From Octopus sinensis (lineage: Eukaryota), in the NCBI RefSeq assembly GCF_006345805.1, contig NC_043012.1:55056001-55120000 (forward strand): a stretch of DNA of 64,000 nt. Direction: 5' to 3'. The notes beneath the pieces are model-generated. The model did no database searches. It was given only the letters and a program-made list of their open reading frames with translations, and was not told the origin of the DNA. Both the position numbers and the translations under genes were made by a program. Shown one piece after another: positions 13,213-24,394 of the stretch. Within the stretch, counting starts at the first letter, position 1; the number at the start of each line of letters is the position of its first letter.

Positions 13213-16094
13213 AAGAGAGATAGAAAGGAATAAAAATAAGATAGTAGTAAAAGGGTAAAAATAAGAATAAAGATAAAAATACAGTTCTATATTTAAGAGA
13301 TGAGGAATTATTTACATTATTTACATTCGACGGATATTTGTCCTCATCTTGTTTGTTGTTAACACAACGTTTCGGCTGATATACCTTCCAGCCTTCTTCA
13401 GGTGTCTTGGGGAAATTTTGAATGTGGGTTCTCATTCCTAAGGTATTCTTTGATGTTATTATTATCATTATTGTTCAGGTAACTGCTTGGAATTGAACTT
13501 GGAATCTTGGGGTTAGTAAGCCTGTGCTCTTAACCACTACACCATATGCCCCCCCCCCCCCCGTGAGCATAAATAACAAGATAGAAATAATAATAATAGA
13601 AATAAAATACAAGTAAAGGTAATGATAGAGATATCATAAATGGGTTTTGTGAGTGAATGTGAATGGGAGAGAGGAGAAAGGAATAAGAATAGGATAGAGG
13701 TAAAAGAGTAAAAAATAAGAATGAAATAAAAATGAAATAAAAGTAATGATAGAGATATGTCGTAGTGATATGTCGGGTGAGAGGTCAAACATTAAAATTT
13801 CAGTAAAGTGGTAGGGTGGAAGGCCAATCTAAGTAAGGTTATAAAGGACAATAGTTTAGTGCAAATATTTAAAATTATATTTCAAGCTTTGCTATTAAGC
13901 TTGAAATATGATTTTAAATATTTGCCCTAAACTATTGCCCTTTATAACCTTACTTAGATTGGCCTTCCACCTCTGCTTTACTGAAACTTTAACGTTTGAC
14001 CTCTCACTCCAATACAACACTGACATATCTCTATCATTACCTTTACTTTAATTTTTTTAGTTTTTACCCTTTTAGCCCTGTCTTATTTTTATTCCTTTCT
14101 CCCAGCTCTCTTTCTCCTCTCTTTCTCTCATACATCCACTCACAAAACTCATTTTTGTCTATCATACATTCTCCGTGCTACATATGCCTTTATAACATGA
14201 ATTCATCATTCAAAATACTGCCAAAATAATTCTACATTATGCTTAATATACTTATATACTTTACATCGCAATCATTAATTACGTATTCATTTGATATAAT
14301 AAACCCTTATTATATAATAACCAAAAAATTATTATATTTAACAGCATATACAACTGTCAATGATCTTACTGGATAATTAAAAAATAAAAATTACAGAAAA
14401 GTTAACCAAATACCTATTTATTTATTATATTAAACTCTTTTATGAGAATTAACTTTATTATATAATAATTGAATAATTATCGTAATAATATTTACAATTT
14501 TTGATGACTACACTGGATAACTAAAGAATAAAATTAACAGATAAGATAATTAAATATCTATTTATATATTATATTATACCCTTTTATAGGAATTAAGTTA
14601 TTATATAATAATTGAAAAATTATTATAATTAATAATATATACAATTTTTGATGGTCTCAGTGGATAATTAACGAATGAAACTTATAGATGTGAATTCTAT
14701 GTTATGCTAAATTGAAGCTTAGATACTTTAGATTGCTACTCATTATATTAAACACTTTAATAACAATTAACATTAATATACAATAATTAATGTCAGAATG
14801 ATGTGGACGCCTCTGATGAGAACCCAATAAGGTTTGAAAATCGATAAAGGTTGTCTATCATTTATAGGCGGAGGAATGGCTGTGTGGTAAGTAGCTTGCT
14901 TACCAGCTACATGGTTCTGGGTTCAGTACCTTGGGCATCTTCTACTATAGCCTCGGGCCGACCAAAGCCTTGTGAGTGGATTTGGTAGAAGGAAACTGAA
15001 AGAAGCCCATCGTATATATGTCTATATATGTATGTGTGTGTATATGTTTGTGTGTCTGTGTTTGTCCCCCCAGCATCGCTTGACAACCGATGCTGGTGTG
15101 TTTACATCCTCGTAACTTAGCAGTTCGGCAAATGAGACCAGTAGAATAAGTACTAGGCTTACAAGGAATAAGTCCTGGGGTCGATTTGCTTGACTAAAGG
15201 CAGTGCTCCAGCATGGCCATAGTCAAATTAATGAAACAACTAAAAGAATTTTAAAATTATTATAATAATTGAAATATTTCATTGTCTTTCTAAATTTATA
15301 GCAAAATCTGTCCATTAAAGTGTCCATTAAAATTCAGTAAAATTAATTTAGAAGTAATTATAAAATGTAATTTTTTGAGCAAAGATAACAAGTAGAATTA
15401 CCAATATTATATGATGATGCATAACTATTAAATGAGTAGCTGTGTGGTAAGAAGCTTGCTTCCCAAACACATGGTTCCTGGTTCAATCCCACTGCATGGG
15501 ACCTTGGGCAGTGGAGCAAAACCTTGTGAGTGGATTCGGTAGGTGGAAACTGAAAGAAGCCCGTCATTTGTGCATTTGTGTGTGTTGCCCCCACCATCAC
15601 TTGACAACCAATATTGGTGTGTTTATGTTCCTGTAACTTAGTGGTTTGGCAAAAGGGACTGATAGAATAAGTAGGCTTACAAAGAATAACTCCTTGGGTT
15701 GATTTGTTCGATTTGGTCACAGTCAAATAACTGAAACAAGAAAAAGAATAAAAGAATAAAATAAAATAAAAGGAGAAAAGGAAAGAAAATTCACAGCAAC
15801 AATGTTCTTCTCAATACGTGTGACATACCATTTAAGAGAATCTTTTGCACTTCCTGCATGGATGGTAAGCCAGAGATCGTTCTTAAATAATTTTCACTTT
15901 TATTTTTGGTCATTCCAAGTGCTACTACAATCACTGGTATTGTAACCATCTTGGGATGTCACATCTTTTCGATTTCAATTAGCAAATCTTTATATTTTCT
16001 GAGCTTTATTGTTGTTGTTGTTTTTCTTCTTTTTCTTCTTCTTTTTCTTCTTCTTCTTCTTCTTCTTCTTCTTCTTCTTCTTCTTCTTCTTCTT

Positions 16095-16157
<63 letters not shown>

Positions 16158-17927
16158 TCTATCTAAATTTTTAGTTTTCTTATACTCTTTTACTCTTTTA
16201 CTTGTTTCTGTCATTTGACTTCGGCCATGCTGGAGCACTGCCTTTAGTCGAGCAATTCGACCCCAGCACTTATTCTTTGTAAGCCTAGTACTTATTCTAT
16301 CGGTCTCTTTTGCCGAACCGCTAAGTTACGGGGATGTAAACACATCAGCATTGGTTGTCAAGTGATGTTGGCGGGGACAAACACAGACACACAAACATAT
16401 ACACACATATATATGATGGGATTCTTTCAGTTTCCATCTACCAAATCCACTCACAAAGCTTTGGTCGGCCCAAGGCTATAGTAGAAGACACTTGCCCAAG
16501 GTGCCATGCAGTGGGAATGAATCTGCAACCATGTGGTTGGTAAGCAAGCTACTTACCACTCAGCCATCATTTTCTAGAACTTTATTATCATTATGATTCT
16601 GGATATAGTAAACCTTATCTTTATATCCAGCTTCCTATAATGCATGGTTATAATAAGTTTGATTTAGTTTAGATATATCCTCATTAGCCAAAAGCCTTGA
16701 AATACAAGTAGATATACTCTTAATGATAGAATTTATTATGCTTCTTGGATGATTAGAATTTTTATTTATATATCTTAAGCGTTCATTAAGCTTAGGATAA
16801 GGTTGATGTAATTCATTATGTAACTCAAGAGTAATATCCAGTTAATCAACCCTACTATATTCATTTTTTATAGTAATAGAAAGCGCAAGACACTTAAAGA
16901 ATCTGTAAAGATTTTTCCTATACCTTTCTAAATTGACTATATTAGATTTATATATATTTTATAATATATTATTATTAATATCAGGAAATCAATATTAGAA
17001 AATTCTTCAGAAAGATATATGCATGTGTAAAATAATCGTTGTATTAAAAATATAAATATATATAAAAATATATGTAAATATGTATAAGTATAAATATATA
17101 ATGTATATGACAGTTTAACAGTTTTGAATTAAGTTTTTAAAGCATCTTATGATCATTTCACAGAAGTGCTGTCCCTAGAATGGAATCCTATATTGATAAG
17201 TCTTCTGCTCTTCAGAGATATAAAATTTGAATTTTGTATAATATATCAAAGAGATATAAAATTTGAATTTTGTATAATATATCGAATGGTAGTGTTTTAA
17301 AAATTTGAAGTAATACTATAAAATGGTGTTTGTTTGAAATATAAATTAAAAATGAAAAATTACTGCTTTTGATTTTAGTAATATATTTTAAACATTATCA
17401 TCATCATCGTTTAATGTCTGTTTTCCATGCTGTCATGGGTTGGACAGTTTGACTGAAAACTGGTAAGCTGGGGAGCTGTACCAGGTTTCATTGTGATTCA
17501 GGATGGCTTCTATAGCTGGATGCCCTTCCTAATGCCAACCACTCCAAGAGTATAGTAGGTGCTTTTTATGTGCCCCTGGCATGGGTGCCAGTTACAAATC
17601 ACTGACATCAGCCATAATTATGCTTTCACGTGGTTTGATCACTCTTCTCAAACATGACATATTGCCAAAGGTCTCGGTCACTTGTCACTGCCTCTGTGAG
17701 GCTCAAAATATTATATAATGTATATTGTTTTCGTTTTTATTTTTATTTTTGTTTTTATTTTTCACAGCCAGATGTCATTGAGGAGGAATTTGCTAGCACC
17801 TGTGAACTGCCTGACAACTGTTATACAAGTGCTGCTTCAAAATTGATATTTCCACGTGGCATAAGGATTGATTATCTGCTGTTTCGGTCTAATTCAGGTA
17901 CTATAGCAGCTGCTGCTACTGCTGCTG

Positions 17928-17961
<34 letters not shown>

Positions 17962-19488
17962 ACTACTACTACTACTACTACTGCTACTGCTGCTGCTGCT
18001 GCTGCTGCTGCCACTACCTCCATCACCACCACCATCACCACCATCATCACCACTTTTGCCATTGTTGCATCATCATTCATCATCAGAACCATCAGTATCA
18101 TCGCCACCACTAGAACCATATAAAAGCACCTGTGCAGGTGCCGTACAGAAACACCTGTGCCAGTGGCATGTAAAAACACCCATGCTGGTACCACGTTAAA
18201 ACATCTGTGCCAGCTCCACTTAAAAGCACCTGTAATGGTGCTATGTAAAAGCACCTGTAATGGTGCTATGTAAAAGCACCTTTGAGAGTGCCACATACAA
18301 AGGACCAATGCTGGTACCTTGTAAAGAGTACCCAACACACTCTGTAAAGCGGCTGGCACTAGGAAGGGCACCCAGCTGGAGCAAATCACACCAAAACAGA
18401 CAATTGGAACTTGGAGCTGCTCTCTGTCTGGCCAACATCCAAACCATGCCAGCATAGAAAACAGATGTTAAATGATGATGATGATGATGATGATTTCCTG
18501 TGCTGGTATGGGTCAGATGGAATTCATTGAGGCAGATTTTCACCTTTGATTTGTATTCTTTTTGGGGGTCAATTAGAATTATGTATCAGTGGAGTTCTGA
18601 GATAAATTATAATTGGCTGTTCTTTAATTGCCAGCAAATTTCAGCAAATTAGAAATAATGATAATTATTACTATTTATTTATTTGTTTTACCATTTCATA
18701 CAATGCTGTTGTCAATTCTTGCAACCCAAATGAATTCTTTATTCATTATGATCACTGACCAAGATATCCGGCATGCATAATAGTGTGACTTTTCCTTCCT
18801 TCCCTCCCTCCTTCCCTCCCTTCCTTCCTTTCTTCCTCCCTCCCTCCCTCCCCCTTCCTTCCTTCCTTCTTCCCCTTCCTCTTTCTTTCTTTCTTTTATT
18901 TTCTTTCTTTTCATTTTTTTCTTTTTATTCTCTAAACTAGAACTGAAAATAAATTGTTTCTCTCACTCTAATCTGAGCTATAAAAATAAATAAATAAATA
19001 ATTAATTAAATCTTTTAAAAATCACAGAAAGCTAACAAGAGCAATTTAATATGTTTTAGGTACAGACATAACCGTTAATCATTATGAAAGGGTCTTTGGA
19101 AAGATTCCTGATGATTCCCGGAACTACTCCGACCACGAAGGAGTTTCAGTTACCTTCAATTTAAAGACGGCATCTACAGGTAAGATTCATTCAAAAAGTA
19201 TTTAATTCAGGCAAATTTCACTGAAACATTTTAGTCCAATATCAAAAGAGAAGAAAAAAATGTTTTCGCTTTTTAACCGTCACCCCTTAGATCAGCCCTG
19301 ATAAAATGGACCTTATTATGAAAAGCACTACAGGTATGGCAGCCTAATTTTTTAGGGCTATATTCCACCTGTAATATGTTCAAACTGACAAGATCTAACC
19401 TGTCATACCTGCCCTACAATAAAACATATAACTAGATCACAAAAAGTATAAAAATGAATCAGCATAAGTAATAAGTAATAATAATAAG

Positions 19489-19529
<41 letters not shown>

Positions 19530-20407
19530 TAATAATAATAATAATAAGTATATATGCATATACATATATATTTATATGTGTGTGTCTTTGTGTCTGTGTT
19601 TGCCTTCCCCCCACCATTGCTTGACAACACATGTTGGTGTGTTTACATCCCTGTAACTTAGCAGTATAGCAAAATAGACTGATAGAATAAGTACTAGGCT
19701 TACAAAGAGTAAGTCATGGGGGAGATTTTTTGGCTAAAAAACCTTTTATGGTGGTGCCCCAGCAAGGCTACAGTCAAATGACTGAAACAAGTAAAAGATT
19801 AAAAGAATAGAAGAATGGTCTCATCATTGAAATCTTGAAGCTACGAGATAATGCAGGATTAATTCAAAATGTGAATAAATAAGCTTTATATTTGGCAGAA
19901 TAATCCGAATGCTAAAGGGTTAAAAGCCTTTGAATTTTACCTAAAACAGAAACATTGCAGATGTTGCCGCACTCTGTTTTGTCTTTCCAAAAAGCCTAGA
20001 ACCTGGTTGTTATACTTAAATGTAACCCTCTTATCTTCATTCAAAATTTAACACAATTCTTTTCATTTTCAGCTCAAGCATGTCCAGCCAGAGATGCTGC
20101 ACTTCTTTCAGACCATCTTCAGGCAATGATCAGTGAAATCAGCATAAATGCATGCAAATTGTCTTCAGATAAGACATTTTGGATTGTATTGGCAATATTC
20201 AGTACCGTCATCATGTTCTTAATGAATTGCTTCAGTGTGGGAGGAACATTTATTCCCACTTTCATGAATCTATTGATAGCTCTTCCAGCTGTCAGCATAA
20301 TCATCTGCATATGGAATGGTGTTGTGATAAATAACATTGAATCCAAGGTGTTTGCAGCAACGAAAGAAGAGGCCAAATACCTTTTGAACAGCAAAAAGGA
20401 AAACTGA
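4103..20407 (+). CDS. SMPD2: Neutral sphingomyelinase 1 (SMPD2-like), spliced gene, 5' exon outside window; coding exons 4103-4205, 5990-6066, 7133-7316, 11753-11956, 17768-17897, 19060-19179, 20073-20407
   Basis: Seven GT-AG exons join in frame. They give DIILLQE-IW, SG..GSGMCVFTKFPI, LNGYAHKLQHGDWFAGKGVGL, THIHAEY, GGDCN, GIRIDYLLF, YSDHEGV and two C-terminal hydrophobic segments, matching the EEP-fold nSMase1 family. Confidence 0.95.
5990..6066 (+). CDS. SMPD2: SMPD2-like coding exon (IWCISDFEYLQLMISNKLPHSHYFYS)
   Basis: ttgcag acceptor, gtaagg donor; phases fit both neighbours. Confidence 0.9.
7133..7316 (+). CDS. SMPD2: SMPD2-like coding exon (GSFGSGMCVFTKFPI...HGDWFAGKGVGL...IYITH)
   Basis: atacag acceptor, gtaagt donor; P-loop-like DWFAGK motif. 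Confidence 0.95.
7394..7781 (-). mobile_element. tRNA-derived SINE, third family (3' part shared with 37727-38000)
   Basis: Minus strand TGGCCCAGTGGTTAGGGCAGC...GTTTTGATTCC head; body shared with the + copy near 37.8 kb. Confidence 0.75.
8296..8640 (-). mobile_element. tRNA-headed CORE-like SINE nested in another repeat
   Basis: GGCGCATGGCTCAGTGGTTAGAGC...GAGTTCAATTCC...GAGCAAGACACTTTA. Confidence 0.7.
10172..10540 (-). mobile_element. Mariner (DD34D) transposon 3' fragment with TIR
   Basis: LLQLGWDV.PHPPYSPDIAPSNFHLFRSLQN...W..IVQQNG; TIR TTGGGTTGTCTGGAAAGTTTGTGCCGATTT preceded by TA. Confidence 0.9.
10547..10914. repeat. Compound microsatellite (AAT)(AGT)(AGC)(AAG)(GAG)
   Basis: Direct reading. 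Confidence 0.95.
10915..11702 (+). mobile_element. R4/Dong-clade non-LTR retrotransposon 3' remnant (RLE domain, internally deleted, interrupted by a SINE)
   Basis: HDNIARYVH*RLCEKY, HKLEGITENNEYKILW, QKTVLLGTARILKLV; 3' UTR ending in (TAA)n. Confidence 0.75.
11187..11580 (-). mobile_element. Dimeric tRNA-derived SINE (Nin/Deu-like central domain) with 19-bp TSD
   Basis: TSD TATCATGGAAAAAGATCCT at 11168-11186 and 11581-11599; GCCTTTCATCCTTTCGGGGTCGATAAA-type domain. Confidence 0.85.
11753..11956 (+). CDS. SMPD2: SMPD2-like coding exon (IHAEYSKDNDEYFTHRLIQ...GGDCN...LNDAWLKK)
   Basis: atccag acceptor, gtcagt donor; HAEY and GDxN catalytic motifs. Confidence 0.95.
12374..12784 (-). mobile_element. 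Dimeric SINE, same family, with 16-bp TSD
   Basis: TSD TCTTACAGCCATTTCT at 12358-12373 and 12785-12800. Confidence 0.85.
12785..12859 (-). ncRNA. Degenerate hammerhead with long stem II, interrupted at its 3' end by a SINE
   Basis: Minus strand GGUCU-CUGAUGA-...-UAUCCCA-GAAA-UGGCUG-UA-AGA(CU). Confidence 0.5.
13282..13550 (-). mobile_element. tRNA-headed SINE-like element carrying a hammerhead ribozyme
   Basis: Minus strand GGCATATGGTGTAGTGGTTAAGAGC (A box), GTTCAATTCC (B box, 13489-13498), (AAT)n linker, then the hammerhead. Confidence 0.7.
13361..13406 (-). ncRNA. Minimal type-I hammerhead ribozyme
   Basis: Minus strand GACAC-CUGAAGA-A-GGCUGG(AAGGUAUA)UCAGCC-GAAA-CG-UU-GUGUU: canonical core, stems I and II pair, palindromic ACGU in place of stem III. 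Confidence 0.8.
14340..14690. repeat. Diverged AT-rich tandem repeat, about 145-bp unit, about 2.5 copies
   Basis: Recurring ...TACAA..GATG...CTGGATAA.TAAA...TATATAATTGAA. Confidence 0.65.
14806..14855 (+). ncRNA. Degenerate hammerhead
   Basis: GACGCCU-CUGAUGA-GAACC(CAAUAA)GGUUU-GAAA-AUCGAU-AA-AGGUUGUC. Confidence 0.5.
14867..15248 (+). mobile_element. CORE-type SINE copy
   Basis: Matches 1162-1581. Confidence 0.85.
16190..16566 (-). mobile_element. CORE-type SINE copy (inverted)
   Basis: Reverse complement of 1162-1581. Confidence 0.85.
17768..17897 (+). CDS. SMPD2: SMPD2-like coding exon (PDVIEEEFASTCELPDNCY...FPRGIRIDYLLFRSNS)
   Basis: tcacag acceptor, gtacta donor; RIDY motif. Confidence 0.92.
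19060..19179 (+). CDS. SMPD2: SMPD2-like coding exon (GTDITVNHYERVFGKIPDDSRNYSDHEGVSVTF...)
   Basis: ttttag acceptor, gtaaga donor; catalytic SDH motif. Confidence 0.92.
20073..20407 (+). CDS. SMPD2: SMPD2-like terminal coding exon with two predicted transmembrane segments, stop TGA
   Basis: tttcag acceptor; in frame with ORF 20126-20407; hydrophobic segments FWIVLAIFSTVIMFLM and LLIALPAVSIIICIW. Confidence 0.9.
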
Positions 20408-20719
20408 AATTGTTTCCATTTTCTCTTCAAATTTAACATAATTTTATATACATATCAGTTACATTTTTATATTATATTTTTAAATATCCTCTTCAGCCAC
20501 CTTGGTTGAAGCAGTTACTATGGAAATGTTATTGTTAGGTCACTGCCAGAAGTTGTTGTTATTTGTTAATGTTGTTGTTATAACTCTGATGAAAATTAAT
20601 CTAGCCATGACCATCCAGACTGTTTCTTAAGTACAACGAACAAAGAACCACATTATTCAATATGCACCCCCACATTGAAAATTCCTCAGTATATTGCAGG
20701 TTTCTGCAGCCAATAGGTA

Positions 20720-21225
20720 CCGTAAATTCTTGAGTATAGTCTGCCCATGAGTATAATATGCAGGGGATTTTTAGGGGGCTGTACCTTTGAAAAACCTAAA
20801 CCTTGTGTATAATACGCACCTCTTCTCTAACTTGAGTCAAGGAGCTCTGTATAACATCCTTGGTTTGTAAAAATGTATATGGTAATGTCCTTTATTATTA
20901 TTGTATATATAACATAATGCAAACGTGTAGCTTTTTTGTGCATTTTGTTCACAGAAAATAAAGAAATAACAGTAATAATGTTTAATAAATGTTGCTTACT
21001 GCAAGTTATGGATGATTCTTTGATGACTTCATTGCTTTCAGGCTTAGCTTAAGGTATTTTCACGCCCGAGATCACAAAATGCGTCTGAATAAACATTGCC
21101 GGACAGCAAATAGAGACTTGGACATTGCTTAGAAAATATTTTTCAACCTCGTATATAGTACGCACTAGGGATTTTGACCTTTAAATTTTGGGAAAAAAAT
21201 GCGGATTATACATGAGGATTTACGG
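20720..21225. mobile_element. Tc2/pogo-type MITE with TA TSD just downstream of the SMPD2 stop
   Basis: TA-CCGTAAATTCTTGAGTATAGTCTGC ... GCGGATTATACATGAGGATTTACGG-TA imperfect TIRs. Confidence 0.75.
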
Positions 21226-22754
21226 TAATTATATTTTTTTAGATTCTAATTTTTTCCGTGGTAAAATAAGCATTTCCATGCCCCAAAATTAATAAATAAA
21301 AATGCACTACAGCACTGCACTGTATAACATATTAATCAAAATATATTAAAAGAAAATACGTAGTGTACCGTAGATGAGTAAACAAAGAATCGCATATACT
21401 GTATGGAAAACGAAACTCGGGAGGCAAGTGTGGTGTTGTTTTGCATTTATAATAAAAAATATATATACAAATTATAAAAGTAATAAAAAAAAATACAGTC
21501 CAGCACTGATTTTACATTGCAGATTTTCACCTATGATGGGGGGTTTTGGAACGTAATACCCAAGATAGTCGAGGGATTATATATATATATGTATATATAT
21601 ATAAAATGCTATCATGTAGTTTGAGGGCTATTTGGCAACTATTTCTAGTAGGCTGAGTGACCATTATAGGCTCCTTTGTTGATTTGGTAGCTGCATTCAG
21701 CATCTGATGCAGTGCTGCATTCATTTTAAAATTAACTGTGATAAACTGGAATCATATCTCGAAAGAAATATGTCCCTCATCTACGCAATGCTAAAGAGGA
21801 AAGGAGATAATCACTAGCCTGGTGCATTAACGAAATTTATAAAAGAAAATGAACCCTTTAGCATTTAAACTGGCCATATTTGGCCCAAATGTTCTACTTG
21901 TTTTATGTTGAAACTGGTCAGATCCAACCTCTCACACATACTCTACAATGTAAACAACCTCTCACACATACTCTAGATGTAAACAATCACCTCATCAAAA
22001 TCTCAATGCTATGAGATAATGCATGATTAATTCAGAAGAATGTGATTAAATAAGCCTTACATTTGACAGAGTAATCTGAAGGCTAAAGGGTCGATAGACA
22101 TATTCAAACACTCTCATATTCACATGTTACTGAGTCCATTCTTTATGTTTGAGTTAAAAGATGAACCTTATTAAGTGCAGGCCGATAGGTAAATAGCGTA
22201 TTAAATACACAGTGCAGGAAATTTGGATCAAAAGCTCTTTTTTGGATGTATGTTTATCTTGTGTCTTTTATTTGTTTGGTTATTAGACTGCGGTCATGCT
22301 GGGGCACCACCTTGAAGAGTCTTTTCAGTTGAATGAATCATCGCCAGATATAGATATGGCAGGCTTCTTTCAGTTTCTGTCTACCAAAATCCACTCACAA
22401 GGTTTTAGTTGGCCTGAAGCTATTGTAGAAGACACTTGCCAAAGGTGCCATGCATTGGGACTGAACCTGAAACCATGTGGTTGGGAAGCAAGCTTCTTAT
22501 CACAGAGCCATGCCTACACCTATATATATATATATATATGTATATAATTGGCAAGTAATGTAAGATCACAGCTGTAGCCTACACCAGTGTCGCATAACCA
22601 GCTCATTTAAAAAGTACCTTGGAACCATTGGGCGACATGCCGTGCTTGAGAAGACCTATTGACTCAAGTAAAATCAAAAATCAAAAATCAAAATTTCATA
22701 ATCAGAATCTCAATCAAATCGAAATCAAAATGGAAATTGTAGTTGTGGCTGATG

Positions 22755-23175
22755 CTAGTGCTGCCTGATTGGTTCCTGTGCTGGTGGCATGCAATAAGCA
22801 CCATTCATGTGTAGGTCATTGCCAGTGCACCTGATTGGTTCTTCATGCTGGTGGCACGTAAAAAGCACCATCCAAACATGGTTGATGCCAGCTCCCCGTC
22901 CTGACTGGCTCCTGTGCCGGTAGCATGTAAAAAGCACTATCCAGACATGACCGATGCCAGTGCTGCCTGACTGGCTCCCGTGCCAGTGCCATATAAAAAG
23001 CAACCACTACACTCTCAGAGTGGTTGGCATTAGGAAGGGTATCCAGCTGTAGAAACCTTGCCAGATAAGATTCGAGCCTGGTGCAACCTTCTGGCTTGCC
23101 AGTCCCCCAGTCAAACCATCCAACTCATGCTAGCATGGAAAACAGATATTAAACGATGATGATGATGATGATGAT
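22755..23175 (+). mobile_element. RTE-associated short retroposon ending in (GAT)n, with internal about 60-bp tandem units (copies at about 17394, 18113, 27912, 36607, 37270, 47245, 54544, 58632, 59870)
   Basis: GAGTGGTTGGCATTAGGAAGGGCATCCAGCTGTAGAAAC...CCATGCTAGCATGGAAAA...AAACGATGATG; repeated GGCACGTAAAAAGCACC units. Confidence 0.75.
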
Positions 23176-23250
23176 ATACATATATATGTGGACTTTAGGT
23201 TAGTTAAAAGTATGTTTGTGACATATTTCCACTGCTAATATATGTATATA

Positions 23251-23326
<76 letters not shown>

Positions 23327-23370
23327 TATATATATGTATGTATGTATGTATAATAATGATAATAATAATA

Positions 23371-23408
<38 letters not shown>

Positions 23409-23497
23409 TAATAATAATAATAATGATAGGGAGTATAACTCCAAACTTACGGGAAAAATTCAATTTAGTATTAAATCAAATTTCACAGTATAAGTAC

Positions 23498-23732
23498 ATA
23501 AAATATAAATTAGAGATAAAACCACTATTATGCAACTCAAACAGTGACAGACATAAGCCAAAATATAAATAACATATAAAATATATTTTTATAAAACATA
23601 TATTCATTTTTATACTTTTTCAGATCTAGTTATATGTTTTATAAAAATATATTTTATTTGTTATTTATGCTTTGGTTTATGTCTATCACTGTTTGAGTTG
23701 CATAATAGTCGTTTTATCTCTAATTTATATTT
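23498..23732. repeat. Inverted repeat, about 105-bp arms
   Basis: AAATTAGAGATAAAA...TATGCAACTCAAACAGTGA...ATAAAACATATA mirrored at 23631-23732. Confidence 0.8.
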
Positions 23733-23746
23733 GATATATATATATA

Positions 23747-24071
23747 TCTTGGGCAAGTGTCTTCTGCTATAGCCCCGGGCCGACCAATGCCTTGTGAGTG
23801 GATTTGGTAGACGGAAACTGAAAGAAGCCTGTCGTATATATGTATATATATATGTGTGTGTGTGTTTGTGTGTCTGTGTTTGTCCCCCTAGCATTGCTTG
23901 ACAACCGATGCTGGTGTGTTTACGTCCCCGTCACTTAGTGGTTCGGCAAAAGAGACCGATAGAATAAGTACTGGGCTTACAAAGAATAAGTCCCGGGGTC
24001 GATTTGCTCGACTAAAGGCAGTGCTCTAGCATGGCCGCAGTCAAATGACTGAAACAAGTAAAAGAGTAAAG
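23747..24071 (+). mobile_element. CORE-type SINE copy, 5'-truncated
   Basis: Matches the 3' three-quarters of the family. Confidence 0.8.
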
Positions 24072-24091
24072 AATAAAAGAGATATATATAT

Positions 24092-24115
<24 letters not shown>

Positions 24116-24123
<8 letters not shown>

Positions 24124-24294
24124 TTAAGAAACAGAACCTCCATCAAAGTAATTTAATTAATAGTGAAAGATATTATCTATAACAAGATATAAATTTAAAT
24201 ATATTATTAATATTGTACTAAATTTTGTTATAGATAATATCTTTCACTATTAATTTAATTACTTTGATGGAGGTTCTGTCTCTTAATTCTCTCT
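24116..24294. repeat. Inverted repeat, about 70-bp arms with about 40-nt spacer
   Basis: GAGAATTAAGAAACAGAACCTCCATCAAAG...TATAACAA mirrored at 24225-24294. Confidence 0.85.
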
Positions 24295-24394
24295 ATATAT
24301 AATATATCGTGAAATTTGATTTAGTATTACTAAATTGAGTTTTCTTTCCCCTGTTGCCTTGGAATTTTCTATCCCCTACTATTTCGGTCAGCAT

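Larger units (their letters stand above)
13083..14228. repeat. Large imperfect fold-back centred at about 13893
   Basis: CAAGCTT-tgctatt-AAGCTTG centre; arms end in TATTTTGGCAGTATTTTGAATGATG / CATCATTCAAAATACTGCCAAAATA. Confidence 0.8.

Noticed and set aside
18113-18340. Regularly spaced TAAAAGCACC repeats resembling a CRISPR array (also 22755-23010)
   Set aside because: The spacers are themselves homologous; these are internal tandem units of a eukaryotic retroposon, with no cas genes nearby.
20119-20439. 106-aa minus-strand ORF
   Set aside because: Antisense shadow of the SMPD2 terminal exon.
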